Below, piece by piece: positions 35,227 to 47,493 of a stretch of DNA of 64,000 nt. The translations under genes were made by a program, and so were the position numbers. This stretch comes from Felis catus (Eukaryota). The stretch's first letter is position 1; each line of letters begins with the position of its first letter. Location of the stretch: positions 50,097,815-50,161,814 of the forward strand of contig NC_058368.1 of assembly GCF_018350175.1 (NCBI RefSeq), given 5' to 3'. The notes beneath the pieces were generated by a model that ran no database searches, had not been told where the DNA came from, and worked only from the letters and a program-made list of their open reading frames with translations.

Positions 35227-36399
35227 TGGGAAGACTTCTAATGGTTTTTTTCTTCCTCTTTTGAAACGTACGTTTCTTCCTGTGGGATTTGGAGTACTGA
35301 AACACCAAACCATTCGTTCTTGTCTGCTTCTCTGAAGGCCAGTTTTAGAACCGTTAATTTGAATCATTGGGTAATGAGATTGTATGGGTTTTTTTTTAAT
35401 TATGTGAGCTTAACAAAATGATCACTGTTGCTCCTTCCGGAATATTGCCAATATGTGATTTCCCCCTTTTGTTTTTTTCCACCAAGTCAGATTTATCATC
35501 TTCCATTGAGCCGTTCAACTTTGGAATTATAAATTCTTTTGCTCTTTGACCTCTTACTTAAAGTGAGCATGGATTTTAGCTTTCAGCCAGGTAGTTCACG
35601 CTGCCTTTTACTGATAGTGCACTAGAATAACCCCCCTCCCCCCACACACAAATATTTTGTTTTGAATGTCTCTTAGTCCCTAGTAGTTGGTGTGGCTTTT
35701 CTCTTGCTGTGCATTTGCTCACCTTTTCCCTAAATCCCCTCACTCTCCAGGAATCCATGCTGCTAAAATTAGCTTCTTCCTCCTTGCTTCTGTATCTTTC
35801 CTTCCCACTTTGCTAGGCCACCCTGCCTTTTCTTGTGGGGCTTGGCTTCTCAGCATGGGAAAAGAGTAATTGTCTTTTTCCAAGTGGCAGGCTATCTTCT
35901 GGTTCCTCAGAGCCAGCTGTTAGGGAGGTGAGGTTTCAGGGAGGCCCTCTTAAACTACAGATGTGGTGTAAGAGCACTGGCATGTGCACGTGGACAAATG
36001 TGTGTTGGCATGCTAGCAGGCTGTTCTCTTCCTTGAGAGTCCTAACCAAGAGAAGGTAGAGTCCCCACGCGATCTTCCCAAGCTCAACCTCGTAAAGGAG
36101 AAGAGGGAAACTCCAGCTAATTCTGCCCACCAAATGTGTATCTGTAGTAGTCCATGTTTGGGCAGCAGTTTACATGAATGGAAAGCATTGGTTTGTGAAA
36201 GGAGGATTTTGGTTTGTGAAATTAGCCAGGAGGGCAACCTAGATTTCCTTTTTTTTTTTTTTTTTTTTTTTTTTGGCGGCAGTTCCTGAAGCAGGTGCAG
36301 GGCGTGTGTGAATAATGTACCACACCTAAACTATGCGATTTAGCCAATGAACGTTAGGCTTCTCCTGGGTCCTGTAGTATGGTTTCCCTGTCTGTCAAG

Positions 36400-36666
36400 A
36401 GCCAGCTCAGCAACCAAACCCAGATTCCAGGTGTGGTATTCCACGGTCGTTCTGTAATTTGTAATCATAGAAACAGAATGTTCCTCCTCTTATTTCTTCC
36501 CTGCCAACAGTTTCTGGGTGGGTGACTGTCAGTAGCTGGAGTTATTTTTAAAGAGGAGAGGTGAGGCTTGTCGTGCAAAGCTGGGAAGAGGGCGTTTGTT
36601 TGCAGAGCAGAGCTGACATCAAAGTGTAGATTACTGCTCAGTGGCTAGGCACTTGTCCTGTAACAG
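36400..36666 (+). promoter_or_regulatory. LMO7: Candidate internal promoter / alternative non-coding first exon of LMO7
   Basis: Repeat-free segment with several CpGs. Motif matches: RUNX TGTGGT (36432), MEF2/TATA-like TTATTTTTAA (36542), FOX-like TGTTTGC (36597). Donor CAG|gtaatg at 36666/36667, 260 nt upstream of the 36927 acceptor. Confidence 0.5.
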
Positions 36667-36926
36667 GTAATGTTTAACGTGCCGGTCACAAAGATCACAG
36701 AACAGTGTATGCCCAGGCATAAGCTAGCGCTACCGTGAATGCTCTGGAAGACTGAAAGGCTATACATGCCCATGTAATTAAAAAAAAATGTATGCACTAG
36801 TCTTGCTGCCTCATTTTTTGCTGGCTGTAATTGGACTTTGAAGCTTAGAAGTTCTATCATAAAAACGTGTACCCTTTGTTTGAGAGAGAGATCGGCTAAG
36901 CAATCACTTTCCACTTCTTTTCACAG

Positions 36927-37033
36927 GATAATATAAACGTTTTTTTGAAAGCTTGTGAACAGATTGGATTGAAAGAAGCCCAGCTTTTCCATCCTGGGGA
37001 TCTACAGGATTTATCAAACCGAGTCACTGTCAG
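36927..37033 (+). CDS. LMO7: LMO7 internal coding exon (107 nt, phase 0->2): [35 protein letters not shown](R)
   Basis: Acceptor cactttccacttcttttcacAG and donor CAG|gtaagt. In frame with the upstream exons, with the CH-domain signature NI..FL..C...G......LF.P.DL. Confidence 0.97.
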
Positions 37034-39131
37034 GTAAGTTTCACTGGTTTGTTATATGTTTTTTAAGCTTAGGGCTTGTGGCTCAAGTGCAAAGAATTTC
37101 TGAGATTTTATGATGACTGAAAAATTGTTCCTCTGTCTTCCTCTGTTCTCATTCCAAAACAGATTATTTAAAAAATAGCTGAGGCACTGTGAATCGAAGC
37201 TGTCTGTAATTGAGATCATGGCATGTTGTTATTTTAAATCTCTCTACTAACTGAAATGGTAGTTTATATTTTAATGCTTGTCCAACGTGGTAGTGTTTGG
37301 TTTCTAATGGGGAGAATGGCCATTATGCTTATAAAACAAACTTAGAGGTTATATTTATAGAGTAAACAGAATTATTTTCATATGGTCTTTATGTATTTGG
37401 AATTAAGACTTGCTGACAAAAATGAGACTGGGACAGTGGTTAAAGAGACTTTCTTTTGTAATCTGGAAGGCAGCAATGCCTGGCGGAATGCTAATGACCT
37501 TGTCAGTTGTGGAGGATTTCTAAAAATGAACAGTTTTTCACTATTTTAATAGTGTGGATGAGAAAGTGAAAGTAGGGGTGAAAATGTGCACAGGTGTCTC
37601 TGTTGTGTTTTAGATGGAAAATGGTGTCATGTAGGAGTATATGGTTTCAGGAAATCTGGTTTTAAGCCCCTGTGAGATTTTTTTTCCTATAAATCTAATT
37701 TGCTTTCAGTGAATCGGAATAAACTTTTGTTACCAGATAATGGTGACAGAAAAATGATTTAATTTTGTGATAATGACTACCTCTTTATCACGACTCTTAA
37801 ACCTAATTAACGTTTTTTTTCAAAAGGAGAGAATATTATTCTAACTGTAGGAGTAATAGAAATGGGAAAATTAGTTTCTACCATTTTAGACCAAGATTTA
37901 GTTTATATGGTTGATTTCCCTGTTGTGGTAGCTTTAAAAGTTATTTAAAATTGATGATAAAATCTTAAAAATGGCCAATATTTTTTTCCTAAAGAAAAAT
38001 AACTCTCTATGTAAGTTTCATAGTACACATGGTCTTTTAGCAGTAAAACCTAAAATCTCAGATAGAATTCATCTTTTCAAAGCCTAACAATACATATTTT
38101 TAAACAAACAGTCCATTTTGAACTTACGTGCTTCTACTTCTGTTGAATTAGCATTTCTAAACTACACAACCTTGATAAGTGCATAGCAGGGAGGGGTCTG
38201 TCTGCATTTCTGATTAATCGGAAGATAGTTTGTTCCCAAGTTTCATCACCAAAATGGCACGTTGACTTCTGCAGTATTGCGAGGACATGCTTGATATCCA
38301 TGAAAAATTACTGCATGGATGAATTTGTTTTATTTTTACTAATCAGCAATCTCTCCAGACACCTATCTGATGGGCAAAGAAAGTTTTCACTTACAAAGTG
38401 TTTTATTCTTAATGAACAGCAACAACTTAAGGAAAAAACACACCCCCCCCCCCCACCCTACCCCAGTCATACCATTTTGAAACCCTGTAGCAGATGTTTG
38501 AGTAGGCTACCGATTAGGCAAAACATGTTTGTTGGCTTCTAATTCCAAGAATGCTCTGAGCAAAACTTGCCTGGAGCCTGTTTTATGAGATGTTGGGTCT
38601 ACGGTGTTCAGGAAAAAAGTCAGTACCTGGGCACAGCCTTGAGTGAAATTAAATCCCTGACGAACTGAAACTGGGAGGTCACGTAGTTACAGCTGTAGTA
38701 GGAAGTATGCAGAACAACTTGTCTCAGTGGAGACCGCAAGTCCATAAAGGCGTGCCCAGGTAGTACTAGTGAGAATGCCTGAGAGCCTCAACTCTGCTCA
38801 GGAACATTTCCCCTGAGAATTCTGTCTTCTTGGCCCAAAGAACACAGGGCTTGACCCTGGGTCTGCTGCAGTGGAAGCATGGGAGCCTCCCGATTATGAG
38901 ACTTGAGGAAGCTGGCAAGTGGCTTATTTAAAAATTTTGGCCACAGCTCTTCTGCCCCGAGATTGCATTTTTATAAAAGGAAGCAGGTATATAGGAAAGC
39001 AAATTATTGGCTAGTAAATATCCATGCATTTCATAGGTTTTAGTCGTTGTTCTTACATAACGTGGAGATTTCTGTAGGTCAAATCTTGTCCTTTCTTTAT
39101 TGTAGATAGAAGGACTTGGTGTTGGTTAGAC

Positions 39132-39341
39132 CAGTGGTTTTCACCTGGGGGCAGTTTTGTCCCTCCAAGGGATATTTGGCAAGGTTTAGGGATAGTTTTG
39201 TCGATATAACTGGGCTGGGAGTGCTTCTGGCATCTAGTGGGTCAAGAATGCTGCTAAAAACCCTTTCATGAACAGGATGGTCCTCATAACAAAGAATTTT
39301 CCAACCCGAAATATCAGTAGTGCTGAGGTTGAGAAACCCTG
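39132..39341. mobile_element. MER20 DNA transposon
   Basis: cagtggttttcacc...tgctgaggttgagaaaccctg termini. Degenerate 8-bp hAT TSD ggttagac/acctagac. Confidence 0.88.
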
Positions 39342-40147
39342 ACCTAGACGTAAAATTCCTTACTTATTTCAATGGTGCCAGCAAGACAATCATGTGGAAA
39401 TGAAGGCTACTGACCAACAGACTGCACTTTCTGCTAAAATATAACTTTCTACTCATTAATATAATAATTTAGTATAATAACTTACATTTCTCTGTGGTAG
39501 TATGTTTGCCCACTTTAAAAGGAAATCTTATTATAATTTGAGTCTGCAGTAATGTGTCAGTACATTATTATTTTGCTCTTCTGTGTACATTAAAACTAGC
39601 AAAAATGGGGCAAAATACTTAATTATTTTAAATGCTCTATCAGAGCTCAGCTGCTAAGACTGCACAGTTGATAGATGGGCTGCAAGTGCGATCTAAGATC
39701 CATGTTTGCATGACGCATGGAAAGCTAATAGGAAAGGCCAGTGGATGCCCTCCATGTTGGCAAATGTGAGGTATTTTTTGTTAGAGGACAGCAGTCGTAA
39801 AAAACATGGATGGTGCACGGAGCCTAGGAGAGTGGTGTGTGGGTAGGAAGGAGTAGCAGGAGCAGAGGCTGCCGATTTAAAGAGCCGTTGATATTTCAAT
39901 CATCCAGGCCCTAAGTACAAATATTTATCTTCCAGCAGTTCCATCCAGATTTACAATTTAATTTGCAATAATAACTTTTCACTGATCAAACAGAATTAGG
40001 TTACTCTATAATTCTATAATTATACATATTAATATGTTATGTACATTTTCTAACAATTGCTTCTTGCAGGAAGTAGCTTGAATTTTTCCAAGTGTGTTTG
40101 AGTCACTCATTTATTTTGGGACTGCATATATTGTTATCAGTTACTAT

Positions 40148-40353
40148 TTAAAATTTCTTTTTAGATATGTATTTATTTTTGAGAGAGAGGGAGAGGGTGA
40201 GTGGGGGAGGGGCAGAGAGAGAGGGAGACAGAAGATCCGAGTGGGCTTTCCCTGATAGCAGAGAGCCTGATGTGGGGCTCAAACTCACAAACCATGAGAT
40301 CATGGCCTGAGCCGAAGTCAGACGCTTAACCGACTGAGCCATCCAGGCACCCC
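40148..40353 (-). mobile_element. Can-SINE
   Basis: gccgaagtcagacgcttaaccgactgagccatccaggcacccc. TSD tcagtta. Confidence 0.95.
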
Positions 40354-43300
40354 TCAGTTAATACTTTTAACTTTGACATTCCTGACTTTAATGGGTAGGA
40401 TCCATCTTGCCCCCCCCCCTTTTTTTTTTGCCCTGAAAGGCTAATGAGCAAATTTGTGAGTTCACCTTCATGAATGGTAGATTGAGGTTGAACTTACCCT
40501 ACTTGAGATGTTTACTGAGGCCATGAAATTTGGCTTCTGTAGCAGTGAATAAGGACACCATTGTTATTAACCATTTGCTAAATGCCCATACTGAGCTCAG
40601 AGCCACAGCCCACAGAGAAGAGGTGCTGTGACTCCTGGAGCCAAGCAAGCACAGTGACCACCACATCACGTCACAGCACACTGGAGAGCCCCCATAGCAA
40701 ATCTCCTGGTCTGGTCATTAGGCGGCACAGGGCAAGTGCTTGTTGTAGAAAGCAACTCAGCAGAGTGGTTCGGAGGTCATCCTGTTTTAGAGGAATCAAA
40801 GTTGGCAGAGAGGGGGAGTTGAATTATTAAAGGTTTTAATTTTATACATTTAGCAGTTTGACTCAGAAACAAAGTCATATATTTAACCATTGCTCTAACG
40901 AATTATATATTGAAATTTTTAAGCTGAGAATGTGAGCAGATTGTAAGCATGTTTCTTCTTTCTGCTCCCTTATCATTCCAGTCCAATTTTTAGCACTTCC
41001 TCCTTAGATGCATTCTGTTCATAACACAATTACAGGATGGCCATGCTTTTGAACACAGTATTTCAGTCATGCAAAGAAAAAAAAATTATTTTCTAATTCA
41101 GTCTTACTCTCCCATTTAGGATATTAATATTTTAGGTATAAATTGTAACTTCAAATGTTTCAGTTTTTAAAAAATGTCTTATCAAAATGGAGGGTGCAGA
41201 AATCAATTTTTTTTACACATGGTAGGTGCCAAAGGAACAGTAGTTAGAAACAAAATTAGTGTTAACATATTTCCCGCATGAAAATAAAGGAGGCTCAAAA
41301 TGATATTTAAGGATTTAGCTGTTCTGTACAGCTTCAAAAGGGTGCTTGATTTTATGGCAATACTGTAAAGTCATTTCTCTGGAATCTGGTTCCCAGATGG
41401 CACGCTAAACAGTCTGCCAAATTGGGTGTGGGATATGAATGTGTATATGAGTATTTATTTAAGATTTTAATTCATGTAAGTAAAAATATACCTACTCTGA
41501 AGTAATTTTCATCATTTGCTGACTTAAACCTGCTTTTACTTTTTTTCGTGTCTTTCAAATGAGTTTCTCAACATCAATCTGTGGTTTTTTTGTTTGTTTT
41601 TGTTTTTTTTAATAATGATATCCAAACTTGGATCAGTAACTTGATCATGGTGACTTCCACCTGTCAATTCATGTTACTATTTTAAAATGTTCTCTTCCTA
41701 CCAAGCAATTAGAAGAGAATGAAACAGAAAAGAAGTTTGCGCTGCACACGTTTCTGTCCTGTTCAGTTATTCTCTGGTGGTAGGTAATTCCTGAAAGGGG
41801 ACATTAGTTCTTTTGGGTTGCCAAGACTCTGTTTAAGGCCAGCAGCAAAAATGTACGGACAGTTTTCAAATGTTGTTTGATCGCAAGGTTAGATTATTGA
41901 AGAGCATGTTTAGTCGCAGAGAAAGGTTGTGGAATAGGAGGTAGGTCTGACTCTGGACAAGCTATAAAATACCTGAAGTTTTATCTACTATTAGTTTCTC
42001 TCCATTTCTAGTTGCTGGTAAGTTCTTGGAGAGATAAATAAGTTTCTGAAAGCCAGCTCTCCATCCTCAGCTCTTCACTCCCTTAAATCCCCAGAGTCAC
42101 AGGGCCTGATTGTGTGTCTTGGCTTGCTGGGTCGGGCTTGAATGCTTTGGACTTTTCTGGCCAGGGTCTTTGTATTCAAAAGTAACCCCATCGATGCTCA
42201 TTGCCTCAGAGTCTCATTTGGCGGCTCATCTGCTTAGCAGCTACCTTGAGTTTCTGTAGGAGTGATAGAATTTACTTCCCTTGACCAGCTAGCATTTGTT
42301 TTATAATGAGATCCTTCAAAGGGTTAAACCAAAGAAATAGATTTTTCTTGAAGAGATTCTTCTGTCTTTCAAATTATTACCTGTGGGGTTGCATATGTTG
42401 AATTAACCAAACCTTTGACATGACTTGCACCATAGTATGGATAGCCCTGTCAGTCACTTTTGAAAATGAGAGCTTTACCACTAACTCGAGGTGTTAAGCA
42501 TTGCTTTTTTTTTGAATTTTTTGCTATCTTGTGGTATGATTTACCTGATCATTTGTGTGAGGGTGTATGTGTGGGCTGTGTGTGTTTTTACATCTACTTC
42601 TGGCGCTAGAGTAGAAAACAGCACTTAATTCAGTAAGGGGAGACTTTGGGGGCAAGAGTCACTCACTTGTTTGTCACACATCAGGCATTGATTGGGCATT
42701 TTCTCTGTAGCATCTAAGTATCAGATTCCCAGATGCCACTCTTAACAGTCAAAAAGTACAGAGCCCTGCCCTTAGTGGGGTTCAAGTTATAATTAAGGAC
42801 ATGTCTTCTTAAGTTCACAGAGTACATTGTTTTGAGATAAATGCACAGGGTTCTCAGAGTATATAGAGATGAGAAGCCATTTCAACTTTTTAATCAGGAA
42901 GACACTTAATTGGAGGTGACACTGATTTCTCATCTGGGCTTTCAAAGCACTTTTGTCTTCATCTACATCTAATTTTTCCCTAGACTTAAGACCATTTGAA
43001 GACAGAAACAATTACATTATTCCTTATTTCCTTAGTTCCCGACATCTTAAGTGTTAAGTGTTTATTTGAAAATTAAATTTTAGTTATTTTGACTTCCTGG
43101 ATGTTTTAAAGCCATGGCTTTAAAGATGGAAACTTATTTTTTCCTCTTTGTCAAGTTTTTCTTTTTATTACCCTCTTTCAAAATTGCAAAACAGTTCAGG
43201 CAAAGCAGCCGTTGATCCTTTGGTTTCTATTGCCTTTCACTTATCATTCCGGAATAATAATATGGCATATTACAACATAGTCTAAATGGATACAATTGAA

Positions 43301-44079
43301 AAGAAGAATGTGTCTTCACCTCAGTGTATAATACACTAAAATGGGAACTTTAGACCATGTGCCTTTCAAAGTAGTTGTTGGAAGTCTTAATCTTTATGCT
43401 AACGTGAAAATGACAACCCCTAATGTTTAATGGACATTTGAAGGATATTCTGTGCTTATAAGAAGTTTTAGAAAAATTTTAATGTTTTCATGTCATGATC
43501 ACAAATCCCTTCATCTTGTGAAATAAATTGAAATGTATGTTTAATGTATGTGTGTATGTATGTATGTATGTTTAATGAATGTATGTATCTTTTTGGTGGA
43601 AAAATATGGTGGCTATATAGGTGCTGAAGTATCTTGTAGAAGTTCAAGGGCAACAAATAGAAATTTTTGAAAGCTAAGACCAATATTGGAGGTAACTTCT
43701 TAAAGGAGTCCTGAAAATTACTTTAAGAAATGTTGCCAGCAAGTTTCTAAGTAAGCCTCATTCCTTCCAAAGCCAGGCTAGCTGCATTGGTACATCTTAC
43801 CTTTGCCTAGCATTAAACATCAAAGCCAGTAAGAAAAAAGTCACAAATTACCTTTGACTTTGATATGATAACTTTGACTATGACATGTAACCATTTGAAG
43901 AATATGAGCACACAGAAACTTGAAAATTTCTTGACATTTCATTTGAACTATTTCTACTACACCTTGGGCTGCGTTTCTGTCACCTTCCCCCAGGATGGAA
44001 CAAGTTCAGTCATTTGTGCCTCAGTTGTCATGGACAGATCTAAGATGAGCATCGAAGATGTGGGCAGGGATTTAGGTGT

Positions 44080-44320
44080 CCCCTGGCATGGGTTTAATCC
44101 CATCCCATTCAGTCACTTGGTAGCTGAACGGCCTTAGGTTAAGTTTCCTCCCTGTGATCACTTTGCTTCTTCTTGAACAAGATGGATGTTACTGCTACTC
44201 TCTTGGAACTTAGTAAGACATTTGGGGGCTATCCTTACCTCACATGTTGTAATGATTACAGATCAGGGATGTAAAGTATAAAGTATTTGGCATATACTAG
44301 TGCTCAATAAATGGTGTTGA
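44080..44320 (+). mobile_element. MIR SINE (degraded)
   Basis: gggtttaatcc...cacttggtagctg...ttacctcacatgttgtaatgatta...tagtgctcaataaatgg. Confidence 0.6.
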
Positions 44321-44691
44321 CTTACAACTGTGATCATTTTCATAATTTGTCTTTCCCTTCTTGACCCTCTGAAGATACATGTTCCCTGTGGAAGAACATG
44401 AAGGAAACAAATCTGGCCCCTGGGTCCTTAAATTGTGACAATTAGCTATAGGCTTTATATTTTCTTATGAGAATTTAGGTCTTTTGAGACTTATCCCTTC
44501 TTTCAATTGGGAGCAGATATTAAAACAGGTGTGTTTTTCTTACATTTATGTCTAGTCAACTTTTTACAATTTATTTTGTTAGAATAGCAAAGCTGAAACC
44601 AGAGAACAACAGAGAGCTATTTGCTCTTGTCCTTGTATATGTGGGACCAAAACAATTCTGTTACCTTCTATGAGAACTCAACCAACTTTTT

Positions 44692-44900
44692 TTTTTTTTA
44701 ATGTTTATTTATTTTTTTTTTTGAGAGAGACAGACAGAGTGTGAGTGGGGGATGGTCAGAGAGAGGGAGACACAGAATCGGAAGCAGGCTCTAGGCTCTG
44801 AGCTCTCAGCACAGAGCCGACGCAGGGCTCGAACTCATGGACCATGAGATCATGACCTGAGCTGGTCAGATGCCCAACCGACTGAGCCATCCAGGCACCC
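44692..44900 (-). mobile_element. Can-SINE
   Basis: TSD ctcaaccaactttt (44677-44690 / 44901-44914). Confidence 0.95.
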
Positions 44901-45207
44901 CTCAACCAACTTTTTATTAAATTTTCTGAATTGTGAATGTTAGTTTGATTTGAATCTTTTAAAAAAGTTTTGTTGCCACATTTTAAAAACAAAATGTACA
45001 TAAAAACCAGAATCGGTCTATCATACAAATCCAAATCTAAAACTTTATTGTTTCATTTTAATCATCCCATTTCCCCTCTCATTTTTGTGAAAAGTGTGTC
45101 ATTTTGGCCACGAGGAGAGGAAGTTATCCTTTGGATGGGCAGGGCTAGACACTATTCTCCAAAAGGCTTTTGCAGGGCTTGTGAGTTTCTTTTGAAAAGG
45201 TGTTCAT

Positions 45208-45435
45208 GGGGCGCCTGGGTGGCACAGTCGGTTAAGCGTCCGACTTCAGCCAGGTCACGATCTCGCGGTCCGTGAGTTCGAGCCCCGCATCAGGCTCTGG
45301 GCTGATGGCTCGGAGCCTGGAGCCTGTTTCTGATTCTGTGTCTCCCTCTCTCTCTGCCCCTCCCCCGTTCATGCTCTGTCTCTCTCTGTCCCAAAAATAA
45401 ATAAATGTTGAAAAAAAAAATTTAAAAAAAAAAAA
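45208..45435 (+). mobile_element. Young felid Can-SINE
   Basis: CpG-rich body. Perfect 14-bp TSD gaaaaggtgttcat (45194-45207 / 45436-45449). Confidence 0.96.
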
Positions 45436-46255
45436 GAAAAGGTGTTCATAATCTTTAGGGAACTCAAATGCATATGCTAGTCCTGTTTTCCACCAGACAG
45501 AAAACTTAGCTGCCACTTTGGGGCATCTCCCCTCTGTTTTGTCCGTCAAAAGTCTGCTATACTAACAGCATAAAATCTTGATTATATTATCCAAAATATT
45601 TATGGTTTTTGCTCTAGACACTAAAAAAGTGACAGCAGTAGGCACTGTGTGGGTGGTCAAAAGTCTCGCTGCTTACTTCCACTTGTACCCAATGGAAGAA
45701 AGTCAAGAAACTAGGAAACATACTTTTGTGTTAATGCTCTTTGACATAATGTAACTTGATTTTTTACAAGATAACGTAACTTGATTTTACTATCAAAAAT
45801 GTTAAAAAGAGTGGGTATTATTTATTGACCTTATTGGTTATTTTTCAGAGTTTAGGTTAATGGGGTAGCGATGTTCTAGGGTAACTGCCCAGGTATAATT
45901 TGTCATGCTGAGCAGCTGTCCCAGGTGGGATTGGCTGCTGGTCAATGGAGACCTACCTTTTTGAGGATCCTTCCTGACCTGAGTATCCCAACTAAACTGT
46001 GAGGCAGGGTGAGGTGTTCTCTCTTTTTCTTAAGAGCCTAGTACCATTGCTTCAGACACCACTGACCAGTGAGCCCAGTAAACCTAAGAAAGCATGTTTC
46101 TAAAGGATTACTGAAAAGTCTTGAATTTTAAGGAAACAAAGTATACTTGCCATCTAAATGTAAGTAACCCACATTAAGCGTAAGTGACAGTGTAATAAAA
46201 CTCCATTAAAAAAAAAGATTAAAAACATGCTTGGAACACACTTCATGTAAACCAG

Positions 46256-46464
46256 TTATTATTATTATTATTTTAAGTTTTTATTATTTACTTCTTTAAA
46301 AGCATGAGTAGGGGAGAGGCAGAGAGAGTGGGAGAGAGAGAATCCCAAGCAGGCTCTATCCTGTCAGTGGGAGGTCTGTGATTTGGGGCTCAAACCTATG
46401 AGCTGTGAGATCATGACCTATGCTGAAGTCAGCTGCTTAACTGGCTGGACCACGTGGACACCCT
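46256..46464 (-). mobile_element. Can-SINE (diverged, (TTA)n tail)
   Basis: gagagagaatcccaagcaggctc...gagatcatgacct. TSD aaccag. Confidence 0.9.
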
Positions 46465-47119
46465 TCAACCAGCTTTTCTTAAGCTAAAAAGGGGGGGAAA
46501 GTAGGGGATCTTGCTGGCCTGGGAGAAGCAGCTGCTGTGAATTAACTGCATTAACCACTATCAATTTAACCAGGATTTTCTCTGTGTGCTTTGTGCAGGT
46601 TGGGGGAGAAATCTCTAAATAAATATCAGGTATCACTGTCATTACATTTTGCTATTTCATTACATTACAGTAACATTGCTGGTAGATTTTTTGAAATGCT
46701 TTTGTTCTGTATCTTTTCTTTTTAGTTGACTGAGGTATGGAAATAATCTTCAAAAGAATCACTGTATCTGGGTAAACAGTTTGGCTAACATGTTACTAGA
46801 GTACTTTGGGCTTAATACCAAGAAGGAAAAATGTGTAGTGGGTAGTTATTTCATGCTCTGTTTTGTGTATACTAGTGTGTATTCACCTATAAAATGTGCA
46901 ATAGAGCATACACACACACTCACAATAAGAATATATATGAAAATTTGTGTGAGGCTTCAAAGACTGAGACACCAGATCCTGAGTGTCTCCAGATTTTTGT
47001 TTATTTTGGTGATGAATTCATTTTACAAAGGGGCTTGGTCTCTGTCTTGGAGGAGAAACAGCAATAGTACGACAATGACTTATGGGTATCTGGAGCAAGA
47101 TGATTAAGAAATCGAGCTG

Positions 47120-47493
47120 TATTCCATTAATATACAATGGAATACTACTTGGCAATGAGAAAGAATGAAATCTGGCCATTTGCAGCAATGTGGGTGGAAC
47201 TGGAGGGTATTCTGCTAAGTGAAGTAAGTCAGTCAGAGAAAGACATACCATATGTTTTCACTCATATATGGATCTTGAGAAACTTAAGACCATGGGGGAG
47301 GGGAAGGGGGGGAGTTATAAACATGGAGGGAGGGAGGCAAACCATAAGACTCTTAAATACAGAGAACAAACTGAGGGTTGATTGGGGGGTGGGGGAGAGG
47401 GGAAAGTGGGTGATGGGCAATGAGGAGGACACTTGTTGGAATGAGCACTGGGTATTGTATGGAAGCCAATTTGACAATAAAGTATATTAAAAA
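47120..47493 (+). mobile_element. 5'-truncated felid/carnivore L1 (ORF2 C-terminus plus 3'UTR)
   Basis: Translation MEYYLAMRKNEIWPFAAMWVELEGILLSEVSQ is the L1 ORF2 end, followed by G-rich 3'UTR and A tail. TSD aagaaat[c/a]gagctg (47106-47119 / 47494-47507). Confidence 0.95.

Noticed and set aside
47137..47490. 117-aa ORF MEYYLAMRKNE...
   Set aside because: It is the C-terminal end of L1 ORF2 running into 3'UTR in a truncated copy, not a gene.
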